From Cyanophora paradoxa CCMP329 (lineage: Eukaryota > Plantae > Glaucophyta): a stretch of 64,000 nt of DNA. Both the position numbers and the translations under genes were made by a program. The stretch covers positions 186,001 to 250,000 of the forward strand of contig QPMI01000534.1 in NCBI GenBank assembly GCA_004431415.1, read 5' to 3'. Every line of letters starts with the position of its first letter. The first letter of the stretch is position 1. Below, one piece after another: positions 34,701-47,300 of this stretch. The notes under the pieces are model-generated. The model was not told where the DNA came from. It did no database searches and was given only the letters and a program-made list of their open reading frames with translations.

Positions 34701-36087
34701 CCAGCCGCTCCGCCTCCCTGCCCCGCCGCCGCAGCTCCTTCGCGACCCCCGCCCGCCGCTCCTCCGCCTCCCGCTCCTCGCGCTGCCGCTCCTCCCGCGC
34801 CTCGCGTCGCATCGCGCGCTCCGCCCGCCGGCACGCCCGCCGCTTCTCCGCGAGGCAGTCCGGGCAGTCGCACGAGCCGCAGCCCTGCGCCCCCCGGAGG
34901 CCTCAGGGCGCGGGATCGACGAACGCCGGCCTGTGCCGGCCCGGCGCGGCCTGAGCACCTCCTCGTGCCCGCTGGGCCCGCTCGCGAGCGCCGCCTGCCA
35001 GGCGCCCCTCATGGCCTCCTCTACGCCCGGCTCCAGCTCGACGGGGGCGAGCCGGCCCCAGACGTGGGCGGCGACGCAGCCGTCCGGGGCCGGCGGGGGC
35101 GGCCCCAGCCACGCGTCGGGGACCGGGCCTTCCGGCATCTGCGCGAGCTCGCGAACCTCAGCGCCGGCCAGGGCCAACCGGGTACCCAGCCCCGGGGGGC
35201 GCACCCCCAGCTCCAGCCACCTCCGGAGGGTGTACCCAGGAGGCGCCTTCTTCATTTTGGGGAGCCATCTGTTCGGCGAGCAGTCATAGGAAGGCGGTCG
35301 AGAGGGGGGGGGGGAAGGGGGGGTGCACCTCCCGGCGTCGCAGGGGGGGAACCAATCGGGGACGGGTTCGGGGTCCGCCAGGGGGGGGAGGAAGTCCAGC
35401 GAGGAGGGCGGCGGGCACTGCGGGCAGGCGGCGCAGCGCGCCTCGCACGCCCTCCACAGGTACTGGCTGAAGTCTAGGCGCTCTGCGCGGCAACGAGGGC
35501 GAGATCAAGCAGATAAAGCCGTGCTACTAAGCTAGGCTATAAATATAAATCGGATCGTCCGAGCGATCTGGACAGGCGCACCCTCTGTCCAGCCCTTGGG
35601 CTTGGCGTACGGCTCAATCACGCTGACCTCCAGCCGCTCCCGGAGATCAATTGCCGCGCACGAGAGGCAGACGCCGAGATCGTTCGTCCCAGCAATGACG
35701 AAGACGCATCCCTTGAAGCGGCGGATCGCGTAAGGCCCCGCTGCGATGGCAACGAGAGTCGAGGCGCGCGGCACGCGCGCTTGAATGCGAGCTCGAGTCG
35801 ACGTCGTGCGCACCGAGGCGGGCGGGCGGGCGGGAGCCCGATTCGCCGTCGGAACCGCGGCAGTGCTCGGCGGCTGCCGCAGAGCCGGGAGATCGACTCG
35901 CGGCGCCGGCCGAGGCGAGCTCCGCAAGAACGACCTTGTACTGCGCCTGGCTTCGGACGAGGATGCCGTACTCCGCCAGCTGGAATTTCTCGAAGGCGAA
36001 TAGCTTTCTCGGATCCGACGGGAGCGGAACGTTAACAGTGAGAGGCGCTGGAAAGCTGCGCGTGCAGCCGGCGCCAGCCGAGGCCAT
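31319..36087 (-). CDS. Large Ala/Pro-rich hypothetical protein, spliced
   Basis: Series of minus-strand coding-like exons (MASAGAGCTRSFPAP, FVIAGTNDLGVCLSC, YTLRRWLELGVRPPG, Ala-rich helices, ELESLCDALLGN*). No family recognised, and it may be more than one gene. Confidence 0.45.
34435..34655. repeat. (NAGGC)n pentamer microsatellite with 25-bp higher-order unit
   Basis: Run of TAGGC/CAGGC/GAGGC units. TAGGC-CAGGC-GAGGC-TAGGC-GAGGC recurs in tandem toward the 3' end. Confidence 0.95.
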
Positions 36088-36540
36088 TGCGAACGAAGCG
36101 GGCCGATCGTGTGCCCACGGCGCTACGGCCGACGCTGTTCAACACTCCGCATCCGCCAGCGAGCGCGACGGTGCGGCCGGCTTCGCGTGGGGACCACGTA
36201 CGCCGATTTGAGACCCGGGCGAACGTGGCCGGTCGACAGTGCAGAGTCGCTGGGCTGGTGCCTAGCGCTCTACGGGCGCTAACCAAGCTGGTCTGGCGCT
36301 TTTCAGTGCCTCAGCGTCACAGCGGGCGCTGTGGCATTTGCGACGGGTTGTCAGCGCAGCACAAGCGTTGCAAAACCGCTGCTGCTGTTCGCTGTTTGAC
36401 ACTTCGAAGGCCTCTGCGACTGCGCCGGGCTGCAGCACTGCATCCACTGCTTTTGGTGGGGGTACAGGCCGCCTTCATTCGCCGGCGGTTTCAAAGCTTC
36501 GTTACGGGCGAGCCAGCAGCTCGCTGGTCAAACCGGCAAG

Positions 36541-38539
36541 ATGATCAAATACGATGCGAAGAACTGGCCGCTGCTGCTGATCAAGCTGCTGCCGAGCCAG
36601 GGTTCCGCCATCGCGCGGACCCTGCCGCAGTCCATCGTGGCTGCTGTGCTCGGCACCATCGCGTACTTCACCCTACGCGGAACTCCGGCGGTCCCCGACC
36701 GCATGCACACGATGCTCAGCAGCTTGATTGCCTTCCTCATCGTCTTCCGTAGCACCCTTTCGTGCGTCGCCCGTTACTGCGGCTGCTAAAGCGGACGGAT
36801 CGTTAGCAATAGCTTGAATCTCCGCCGCGCTGTCCGCTCGTGGCTGATTCCAACGCTCGCTGTCAGGTACAACCGGTACTGGGCGAGTGCTCTGTTTGCT
36901 TATCCAGCTCATCTCGCGAGTCGAAACACATCGGCCGCGCTATCTAACCGACTGGGGCCCGCAGGACGGTCGCTTCAAGATTGGGGCCGTTGTGAAGGGT
37001 TCGCGCCCCGGGCCGTTCCCCGCGCGGCGGCCGTCCGACCCGGCCTCGCAGACGTGCGCGACCTCTGCCGCAAGGTGCAGATGCTCATCCCGGCGGCTAC
37101 CGCCGACGACATCCGCGAGAAGTCGGAGACGATGCGCCTCGGCTGCCTGTACTTCATTCTGGTCCGCCGCCGCCTCAGCCCTCCGCCCAGGCATTCCGTA
37201 TTCGTGCCGCTCACGCTGTGTCCCCTTCCTCCGCGCAGCTCGTGCAGCACCTGCGCGGCGAGGACCGGTCAGTCCCGTCCCGGCGCCCGCGGGGGCGAGC
37301 GAGGGCCCCGCGGCCGCTTATGACGAGCCGCGCGCCCGCAGCCTCGAGGACTGCGGCGACTTCATCACTGAGAAGGAGCACGGCCTGCTGAAGGTACGGC
37401 GGCCATCCTCTTCCTCTTCCGTTTCCTTTTCCATCCGAGAGGCGCCCGCCCACCCGCCCGCCCGCCCGCAGACCTACAAGCGCCGCCCCCTCGTCATCAT
37501 CACTATGCTCACGAAGAAGGTGCAGTGCTACCCCCCCTTTTTCGCCCGAGCGTTCCCTTAACCCTCCCGCCAGATCACGATGTTCGCCCGCAAGGGCCTC
37601 ATCAACTCCTTCACCTTCGAGTCCCTCGACAAGTCCCTCCTCGGTACCCCCCTTTCTCTCTTCCCCCCGGAACGCCTCTGCCCCCTCACCGCCCCATCGC
37701 CCGCCCCCCGCCCCGCAGAGCTGATCGGGGGCTTTAACGGCTGCGACGCGCTCGTGTTCACGCCGTTCCCCTTCCCCTTCGCCCAGCTGCTGACGATCTT
37801 CCTGGTCTTCTACTGCTGGTCGGCGCCCTTCATCCTGGTCTCTGCCTTCGGCGTCTTCACCCCCCTCGTCTCCTTCTTCCTCACCATGGCCTTCTTCTCC
37901 ATCTACGAGACCTCCGTCGAGCTCGAGGACCCCTACGGCTACGGTGCGCGGGGTACAGGAGGGGAGGGGAGGGGGGGAAGACTCCAGCGCCCGGCGCCCG
38001 GCCCTCCACACAAACACTCGCCCAGCGCCGCCGCCTGACGCCTCCACCCCCCCGATCACCAGACCCGAACGACCTGGACCTGAACGGCATGATCGTCGCC
38101 ATTCAGGAGGACTGCAACATGTCCGCCCCGCCCCCCGCGCCCCTCGCCGCCGGCCAACGCCTCCGCAGGATGCGCGTGGTGGACTCGACCTACGACACCG
38201 CCGCCTCCGGCATGGCCCCCGCCCCCGCCAAGGTCCCCCCGCCTCCCCATCGCCCCGCCCGGCCCCCTGCCCACCGCCCGGCCGGGCGCAGGCGCAGCTC
38301 TCCACCTCGCAGTCCTCCAAGCTCCAGCGCCGCGACACCGCCGAGGTCCACGCGCCCGCGCCCCCTCCCTCAAGCTTCGCGCCGCCTCGAGCGTTCGTTC
38401 GGCTCACCCCCCCGCGCGCCCCTAGGCCCCCCTCTTCGGCGGCATGCCGGCCTCGACGCCCCCCTCGGGCGGCCACGTCTTCTCGCCCCCCGTCTACGTC
38501 AAGCCCCCCAAGGAGGGCGGCGGCTGCAGCCAGCAGTGA
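36541..38539 (+). CDS. Bestrophin-family anion channel (UPF0187/YneE-like), spliced
   Basis: LIAFLIVFRSTLSYNRYWDGR, TPFPFPFAQLL, FFSIYETSVELEDPYGYDPNDLDL. Ends KPPKEGGGCSQQ*. Confidence 0.92.
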
Positions 38540-38743
38540 GCCGGCGGACGGGCGGGCCGCGTCCCCGCCCGCGGGCGGGCGGCTGTACCCGTACTGGAGG
38601 GGACCCCTCGTCCCCACGGCCCAGCCCCCGCTCGCGTTCGATGGGGTCGATTGGTTGTGTTTTGGAGAATGCAAAGTAGATGCAAAGCGAAGGTTCGAAG
38701 CGAAAGGGCGCCGGGCGGGGCTAGGAGAAAGAGGGTCGCCGGG

Positions 38744-41700
38744 CTAGAAGCAGGGGTCCCGGTCCCCTCCCCCCCCCGCCTTGCGGTCCCGCGCCGGGAG
38801 CCGCTGCTCGATGCGCTTCTGGTGCTCCCAGTAGGCCACCCGCGCCAGACCCCGGTGCACCTCTGCATAGGGGGGGTACACGTCGGTCGACGTCGGGCGG
38901 CTGGGGTGGCCGCGGGGTTCGGGAGAGGGGACGGGTACGCACCGAGACCGACGGGCGCGTAGGGGAGGCGCTCCCCGTCCAGAGCAACGTACCCAGACTG
39001 CGGTCTCATGAGAAAGGGGCGGAGAGAGGAGCTGGGGGGTACATGCGCGCCTGGGAGATGTCGGGCTCGACCAGCACAGCGGAGCACTTGTAGTACTCGC
39101 TCTGCGGTTTCCGTCAGAAGGGGTACAGGGCGAACCGCGGGGGGTACAGGGCGCACGACGGGCTCGTGGACCATGTCACCGGTCTCGGAGCGGAGGAAGG
39201 CTCCCAGGAGCGAGCCGCGGCCCGCCTTCCTAATGACGAGGACCTGGGGGGGGGGGGGGGGGGGGGGGGGATGAGAAGAGAAGGGGAGGATCGGAAGCGG
39301 GGTACACGAACGAACATCGAAGTGGCCGTCGGAGAGGTGCGCGAAGGGGGTGCCGCAGAAGTCGGCGCCGATCTGGCGAGGGGTATCGGATGCGAGGAGG
39401 AGGGGGGAACGGGGAACGGGGGTACCATGGGAACGTTGGAGGCGAGGAACAGGAGGAATTCGCCCTCGAGGACCGTCCACCCGGGGCCTGGCGCCGGGGG
39501 TACAGGTGACGGACGAAGGGAGCGGGGTGGGGCAGGGGGCGGTGGAGGAGACGAATAGGGGGCGTACCCGGCTGGCCCTTTCGCACGGAGTCGAAGTCAA
39601 CGCGGCTCGGGGGGCCCTGCGGCGCGGTCAGGCCGCGGGGTACGAGAATGCGAGGGCGAGGAGGGGGTACGAGATGGCTCGCCTCGGCGCCCGGGGGCCC
39701 GACGGCGCGCGGCGGGGGCGAAGCTGGGGCGCCGGCGGCCGGGGCGCGTGCGCAGTGTGCGCAGTCGCCCCCGCACCGCAGGACGGTCTGCGAGGCCGCC
39801 GCCGGCGCCGGCTTCGCGGCGCTCGGCCCGTCCGACCCGCTGGAGCCGCCCGCGCCGTCCGCCTCGACGGGCCCCGGAGAGTTCAAGGGGAAGTGGACGG
39901 GGGGTAGCCGCAGCGGCCCGTGCGCGAGCTGCGGTGATATGATTGGCCGACGAAAGCGCCGTGCCCCGGTGCGCATTCGTCCCTCGGGTACCTTGAGGAC
40001 GCCCTCCTCCCCCTTGCCGGTGTACATGGAAATCCGCCCCCGGTACAGGGTCCTCGCCAGGATCGCCTTCACGCCTGCCGGGGCACGTGAAATCGCGTGT
40101 GCGGGGGTACGCGGATCTCGGATCGGATTGGATCGGACGTACCCCCGACGGTGTTGCGAAGCTCGCCCATCCACCTGCGGAATGGCGCCCGAGATCGGCG
40201 CTAGACCGCGGCTAGCTGGGCGGCGAGGAGCCATCTAGACTGCCGGCCAGGCGGGGACCTGAATCGCCCCGGGGGCTCCGGCGGGCGACGAAGGAAAGCA
40301 AGAGCGGGGGGGGGGGGGGGGGGGGTACGGGCACCTGAGGTTCTCGGTGCCGAGGTCGACGTCCGCGATGATCGCCCACGTCAGCGACAGGAACGAGAAG
40401 GCCTGCGGGGGTACGCGGATGTTCAGGGGGGGGGGGTGGAGGCGAGCTCGAGCTTCCAGGCCACTCGGGGGCGCGGGCGGGGGAGGCGCGAGCCGGCCGG
40501 GCGGGCGCGCTCCCCATTCCCTCGCAGGGGCGGCGGCGCCCTCCCTCTCCTGCTCGCGCACCTTGCGCTGGAGCGGGGCGCCCGCGGCCGCCTCCTGCAG
40601 CACCGCCGCCACGTCCATGGGGCGCGACTTGCCTGCCGCCGCCGCTCAGGCTCAGGTGAGCGGCCGGGGGGGGGGGGGGGGGGGGGGGTGCGCCCGCGGC
40701 CCCTGGCTCTAGGCAGGCAACGGCGTCTCCGGACGAGGGGGCGCGGCTTCAGTTGAGAGGCGTACCCCGGGCGACGACGAGGGCGGCGGTGTGGACGTCG
40801 GTGACTCCGAGCGAGTGCGCCAGCCCGTTGCCCGTCCCTGGCCCGCAGGCGCTCGAAGGCGAAAGGGGGACAGGCAGGGGAGGGGGGGGAGGGGTGCGCA
40901 CCGGCGGGAACGGGAAGGAGGGGTACAGTGACGGCGGAGGCCCAGTCGGGCCGCGCCAGGAGACCGTTCAGCAGCTCGTGCAGGATGCCGTCGCCCCCGA
41001 CCTAAGGCAGAGTCGGAGGCGAGGCCGCGGAGGGAGTACGGCAGCACGGGAAAAGGGTACCGTGAGGACCATGTCGTAGCGGGAGCGGTCGAGCTTCTTC
41101 CCGATTTCTATCGCGTGGCCCGCGTGCGTCGTCTCTGTCGGCCGGCGCCTCAGGGCGCGCGGGAGCCCCAGCACAGCATGCAACGTACCCTCCAGGGTCA
41201 CGTCCGCGCCGGCGAGCTTCAGCAGCGGTAGAAGCTGCCCGCCGACCTTTCTGCTTTTCCCGGAGCCGCTGACGGGGTTCAGGACGACGAGCACGCGCTG
41301 CTTTTTCTGAGCGCCGCCTGCAATTCGAAAAGAGAGGCGAGTCAGCGGGCCGCGGGGGAGCGCAGCCGGGCCAAGGGAAGCGCGCTCAAAGTGCGCACCG
41401 AAAGCTCCGTTGTTGATGGCGCGCACCCAGCGCTGCGCGCTGGCCGCGTCCTCCGCTCGAAAAGCGTACTCGCGCAGCCGGCGCTCCTTGGCGAACATGC
41501 CCTTGAAGGGAACGCAGTACACGATCCAGAGCGCGGGAGAAACAGATGCGGCATCCTCGGCAGCCTGGGCGAGCCCCTGCTTCGCGGGCTTGCCGGGCGA
41601 GTTGCGGCCGGCCGGGGAGCTGGCCAGCATAAGGTGCGGCGTCGCCGCGACCGCCGAGAGCACATCCCGCAGCCTAACGATGCGCACTTTCGAGCCTGCA

Positions 41701-41843
41701 CGACCGTGCAGCGCTCAGAGCGACCGCGTTCGGGGCGGGAGAGCGGCGGCGCGCGCAGACGTACCAACCGACCAATGAATCGCCTCCGTTGTGACGTAGA
41801 CGGTCGTCGGCTCGCCGCCTCTGAGGGAGCACTGGCCGTCCAT
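38744..41843 (-). CDS. Sphingosine kinase-like (DAGK catalytic domain) with N-terminal PH-like domain, spliced
   Basis: YAFRAEDAASAQRWVRAIN (PH C-helix), VLVVLNPVSGSGK, TTHAGHA, SGDGILHELLNGL, PAG..GNGLAHSL, FLSLTWAIIADVDLGTENLR, VALDGERLPY...EVHRG. Confidence 0.9.
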
Positions 41844-42459
41844 TCTCGCCTGTACCCGACTGACGACAACACCTTGTACCCGCCCGCCCAGCAAAAATTG
41901 CTGCAAAATGAACCCCTACGCGTACGGCGGCGGCAACGGAGGCAACGGCGGCAATTGGCAGCCCGCGTTTGTCCGCCAGCGGCCTCTCCCGGGTCCCCTC
42001 CGCTTCCTTCCTGGAAACTTCCAGCGCAACGCGCCTCGCCGTGCGTGCGCGTGATCTCTCCCGGGCGTCGATTGAATTTGTGATAAGAATAGCTGCGTTT
42101 TATTGTCGGGGATCCCCGGTGGGCCCGGTCCAGCTGTCCATGTCATGTCATCGTTAACCTCCGAGGTTCCAGTCTACTTCCAGCCGCTGAGCATGACCGG
42201 ACCGTCAGACGGTTTCGTCATAAAGCTAGCTTCTTCTCGTGCGATTCCATCGCATTTCCCAGCCACCGCCGCCCCCACGTTCACGCAGCAGTCGACTCGG
42301 AGCTCGAGGCGCTGGCTAGGGGACCAATTATAAAGCTATAGCCACTACTCGAGTTCCGAGGCTCCAGCTATACGCGCAGTCTGTCACGTGCCAAGCAGTT
42401 CTCAGCAATTAGTCTCATTAGAAGCAGCATGCGCGCGCGCTGACCTCGAGGGGGGCGCA

Positions 42460-42962
42460 GAGAACCCACGGTTTCTTCGGTATGGACCGCGCTACGACCA
42501 GCACCGGCTCAACGTAACGCAAGACGCGCTGAGGCAGGTCAGTCGACGTCGACGCTGCGGCGCGCGCCCCTGCAGGCCTCAAGCGCGCCGCCTCGGAGCT
42601 CGGCCCAGATCAAATTGCAGCGCCCCGCTGACTCCAAAGCGCGCGCAGGCTTTCCCGATGAGTTTCCCGGGGTACAACGAGCTCGACGAGCAGCTGCAGG
42701 TTGTCCCGTACACGGCGGACGCGAGTGGTGACGCCGCGGACGAGGGGCTCGCCGCCTTTGAGGTACCCCTTGCCTGCCGTCTCCCCTCCGATCCCTCCCC
42801 TCGAGCTCCCCCCGCCCGACGCGGTTACCCCCGCCGCAGGCGACGGCAGCAGGGACCGACGGGGATGCCGGGCTCGCGTGCGACGAGGCGGCTGGGGCCG
42901 AAGCTGACGCGGCGCTCGCCTTTGCCCTCGCGATCGCCGACGTGCAGGAGCACCTCCTCTAG
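42460..42962 (+). CDS. Small hypothetical spliced protein (5' end unresolved)
   Basis: Three exons joined by GT-AG introns read in frame: PRFLRYGPRYDQHRLNVTQDALRQ|AFPMSFPGYNELDEQ...FE|ATAA...DVQEHLL*. Confidence 0.35.
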
Positions 42963-43094
42963 ATCTAGGCCGTTCGACTCGGCGAATTCGGTTCTAGGAT
43001 CGTGCGCCTGCCCGCTGCAGCTGCAGTGCCTGCCCGGCCTAGCCCTGGCCCGGGCCTGTCACCGTAGCCTATAGCTAGCAGTCGATCGCGAGTT

Positions 43095-43570
43095 CTAAGT
43101 TCTCTTTGGCGAGTTTCGGCGGGGGAGGGGCGGGCCGCGGAGGGGTAGGGGCAGCTTGTCGAGGGCGCCGACGAGGCCGGGGGCGACGAGAGCGCCGGCG
43201 GCCTCGAGGGTGGCCAGCGGAGGCCCACCGCGCGGCGGACAGGAGGCCCGTGCCGGCGCAGGCGACCGCGGCGCCGGCACAGACGGCCGCGTAAGGGGCC
43301 GGCGTAATGGGCCGACGGATGCGAGGGCAACGTCCGAGGCGCGGGAGGGGCGGGAGGGGCGCCAGGCGCGCCGGCCCCGCAGCCGCCGAGGCGGGAGAGG
43401 TGGCAGAGCGCGGCGGCGGCGGGCGCGAAGCGCTTGCGGCCGCCGATCGTGCCCGCCGCGTCCGTCAGGCGGTACCAGAGCGCCTTGGCGAAGATTTCGG
43501 GCGCCGCCGCCGACGCGAGCGCGGCGAGGCAGAGGAGCCACGGCGCGCCGGCGAGCTGCCGCGCTTCCAT
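43095..43570 (-). CDS. Small hypothetical protein
   Basis: MEARQLAGAPWLLCLAALASAAAPEIFAKALWYRL (hydrophobic N-terminus) with one probable intron. No homology recognised. Confidence 0.25.
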
Positions 43571-44378
43571 ACGCTTCGCCGTTGGCTCTCGAGCGTCCTC
43601 GCCGCCGCCGGGCGCCGCCGCGTCGCTGCAGGCCGAGCGATCGGCGGGCCGCTCGCTGCCGGCCCCTCGATCGCTCGGCGCCATGTGTTGCTCAGAGCGG
43701 ACGCCGATCTCCCGTCCGATTCGACGCGCCGAAGCTTTGGGGGCTGCACGCAAAGGCTGGCTCGCTGACTTGTGTAATCAAGTCGCTCAGCTCTCAGCTC
43801 TCGCTCAGCTTTGAGGGCGGGCTGGCGGCTGGCGCCGGCTGCCTTCGCACGATGGCGCCGGCGGTGTGGACGGCGACGGCTCCAACGACGAACTCTTCCA
43901 GACTGAGCCTCTGCGAGCCGTTAGACGGCGCGGACGCGAGGCGGCATGCAGGTAGGACGAGAAAACTCCGCGGGGCGCACGTCGTCCGAGGCCAGCATGC
44001 TCTTGATCCCCGCAACCGAAAGCTTTTCGGACATGGCTGGAAGTCGCTGGGGGTGCTGGACGGCGCTGAACTGAGCTGGGCGCCGTGGGCGGCTGACGCG
44101 GGGCCCGCCGGGGCCGGGTACAGATTCGGAAAAAGCGCCACAGCCCTAGCGAGCCGCCCCGGGCCTTGTTGCCGCCCACTATAGCTGCAGCAGCCTCAGG
44201 CACACCATCTGGTGGACGCCGGCACACCGTCTGGTGGACGCCGAGCGACCGCCCGCGATTTGGCCTGCCGCAGCTAGCCTTGGCCAGCGCAGCAAGCGCA
44301 CCGGACCATCATTGATGGGACTTTGTCCTCTCGCGGGGCAGCGGTAGCGCCGCGCGGGCCGCCGCGCCCGTTCTTGCG

Positions 44379-47300
44379 ATGAGGGAGCACGGATCCGCGG
44401 CCGGGCTTCTCAGGCGCCCCATAGCCGGATGCGGCGCCGATCACACGCCCCGTACGCCCCGGGGAGGACGTGCCCGGTCGGGACCCGGAGCGCCGCGGCC
44501 GGCTGAGGCGCTCGGAGGCCCCGGCGGGGCGGCGGCCCTGCTGAGCGCCCTGGCGCTGCTCCTGGCCGCAGCCGCCGCCCTCGCGTACGATCCAAAGCCC
44601 TCCACATCAAAGGGACCCCAGGCGAGCCCGCCCGCCCGACCGCGGCGCCACGCCCGCCCGCCCATCATGACGACCTCCGGATCCGCAGACGGTCACGCTG
44701 GGCGCCCTCGTCCCCGCAAGCGATCTGGACTGGGGCCAGCGCCTCGCAGCGACGTTTCTCTACGCCGTGGACCGCGTGGTGCACCGGAGCAGCGCGCCCC
44801 GCCCCGCCCCGCCCCGCCCGCGCTCACTCCCGCCCGCGCGCGCCGCAGAACAACAGGACGGACCTGCTCCCCACCATCCGGATCGTGCCACGCGTCTTCG
44901 ACACGGGCCCGCGCCCTTCAAACTACTCAGTACTAGTCTTCCCTGCACTCAAGCGCGCGCAGGCATGGACAACGCGCAGGGCATGGGGGCGGCGCTCGAT
45001 CTGGTCGAGGAGCACGCGATCGCCGCCGTCGGGCCCGCGACTTCGCGGGTCGCCCTGCCCGCCGCGACGCTCCTCCGTACCTTTCAGACGGTTCCGCGAT
45101 GCTCTCTACCCCCCTGGAAGAGGCCCTGACCCCCCCCCCCCCCCCCTAGCCCCAGGTCTCCATGTCCGCGACGGACCCAGAGCTCACCAAGTGCCCCTAC
45201 CCCCTACGCTCAGATCCGATCTGATCTGATCGATCTGATCCGATCGCAGCAAGCCTGCGTACGACTTCTTCACCCGCGTGGCGCCCTCGGACACGCTGCA
45301 GGCGAGCGAGATCTAGAGTGGGGGCGTGGGGTGTGGCCGAGGGGCGCTAGACGACTCGCGGAGCCCCTCGGGCCTCTGACGTCCTATGTCTTTGATGCAC
45401 CCCCTCTGACACGCTGAAACGTCCGAAACGTCCAACGCCTGATGTCTTTCGCCGCAGGCGTCGGCGCTGGCGAGCCTGCTCGTCGCCCTCGGCTTCCGCT
45501 CCTGCGGGGTCCTCTCGGGTCCGCGATGCCCGCCTTGACGACCCGGCTCGAGCTCCCGGTCCGACGCGACGGCAGCGGACGAGGCCTACGGGCAGAACCT
45601 GGCGCGGGGCTTCGCCGCCGCCGCGCGCGCCGCCGGCATCCGCGTCCTCCTCTGGCAGGTCGCCCTTTTGATCATGAGCTCCTCCCTCTTATTATTAACG
45701 TCAACGACTCCCTTATTATTAACGTCAAAAACGGCAGTCCTTCAGACCGGAGGAGTCCGACGTCGCGCCGCAGCTCCTGAACTTGAAGGCCGCGGGCGCG
45801 CGCCTCATCGTGCTCTTCCAGCCGGAGAGGCACGAGCCGATCTTCCTCAGCGCCGAGCGCGCCGGGATGATCGGTGCCCTTGTCTTTCTTCTTGTTCTTC
45901 GCTCTGAGCAGTCTAAAGCTTTCTGATTGACGCTGGCCATTGCCAGGCCCTGAATGGATGTACGTCGGCGGCGACTCCTTCACGACGGGTCCGTCCCACT
46001 CCCCCTCGCCCTCCGCAGACGGCTCTCTGAGGGCTCCGATCCGGCAGGCTTCCCGCTGGACGCGGTGGCAAACCTCACGCAGGGGTCCCTCGGCCTCCAA
46101 CCCGACGCCCAGGCACGTACCCCCCCCACTTCCGTACCCTTTTCTGCTCTCCAAGGGGGGGGGGGGGGGGGGGGAGCTTTCTGCTTCTACTTCGCCCCCC
46201 CCCCCGCTCCCTCCCCCTCCCTACCCCCCCCACTCGCCCCTTTCTGCTTCTCCCCCCCCCCCCCGGAGACTGAGGCCGGGGTACAGATGGAGCAGGCGCC
46301 CGCGCAGGAGTACATCCGGGCGTGGTCCCGCCAGGCGCGCCGCTGTACCCCCCTCCCGCTCAGATCTGATCTGATCTGATCTGATCGCAGGACCCGGCCG
46401 TGTACTACACCGCCGGGGGCACCCAAGAGGTCGTTCCGAACAGAGCCTTAGGAAAGGAAAGCCGCTTCGAATTCTGACGCGGACGCCGCCTCAGATCGAC
46501 ACGTACATGCTCTTCACAGCCGACGCCGTCCTCTGTGCTTGCTTGCTCTTCCCCGCAGAGGATCGGATCGGACCTGAATTTCGCCGCAGGCATCGCGACG
46601 GCGCTGGACTCGCTGGTCCGGGCCGGGGTACAGCTGAACTCGAGCTTCGGCCCGGCGGGCGTGCACGCGCGGAACCCGTACGGCGCCGCGCTTCGGGACG
46701 CGATCACGGGGCAGCACATCAGCGGCGTCACGGGCCCAATCAAAATGGACGCCTCCGGCGACCGCGTCACGTGCGCTCGTCCACCTCCTCCTAGCCGGTC
46801 CCCGGTTCGAATCCTCGCAGGACCTTCACGGTGGTCAACTACGTCGGTACCCGGTGGCGGCAGGTCGGCCGCTTCGATTTCGACACGGGCTTCTCGCCGC
46901 TCCCGGGTACATCCATCGTCTGGCCGGGGCCCGAGCGGCCGTACGACGGTACCCCCTTTAATTTCGCTCTCCCCCTTCCGATCATGCCTTATGCTTTTCC
47001 AGGCTCCTGCTCGGAGGGTACGGCCCCGGATTCGAGCGGAGCCTGCGTCGCATGCCCCGCCGGGAGGTGCGGCCGCGTACCCCCTCTCCTCTCCTTTCCC
47101 TTACCCCTCCGCAGCTACGCCCAGCAGAACTTCATCGACTGCAAGCGTGCGCGTACCCCCGCCCCGCTGTACCCCCCGCCCAATTTTTCGCCGCAGCCTG
47201 CCCCCCCAGCTCCTACGCCGCCGCCGCCGGCTCCGACCGCTGCCTTCCATGTACGCCCCTTTCTTCGTGTACCCCTACCGAAGCCCTAACGGACCGCAGG

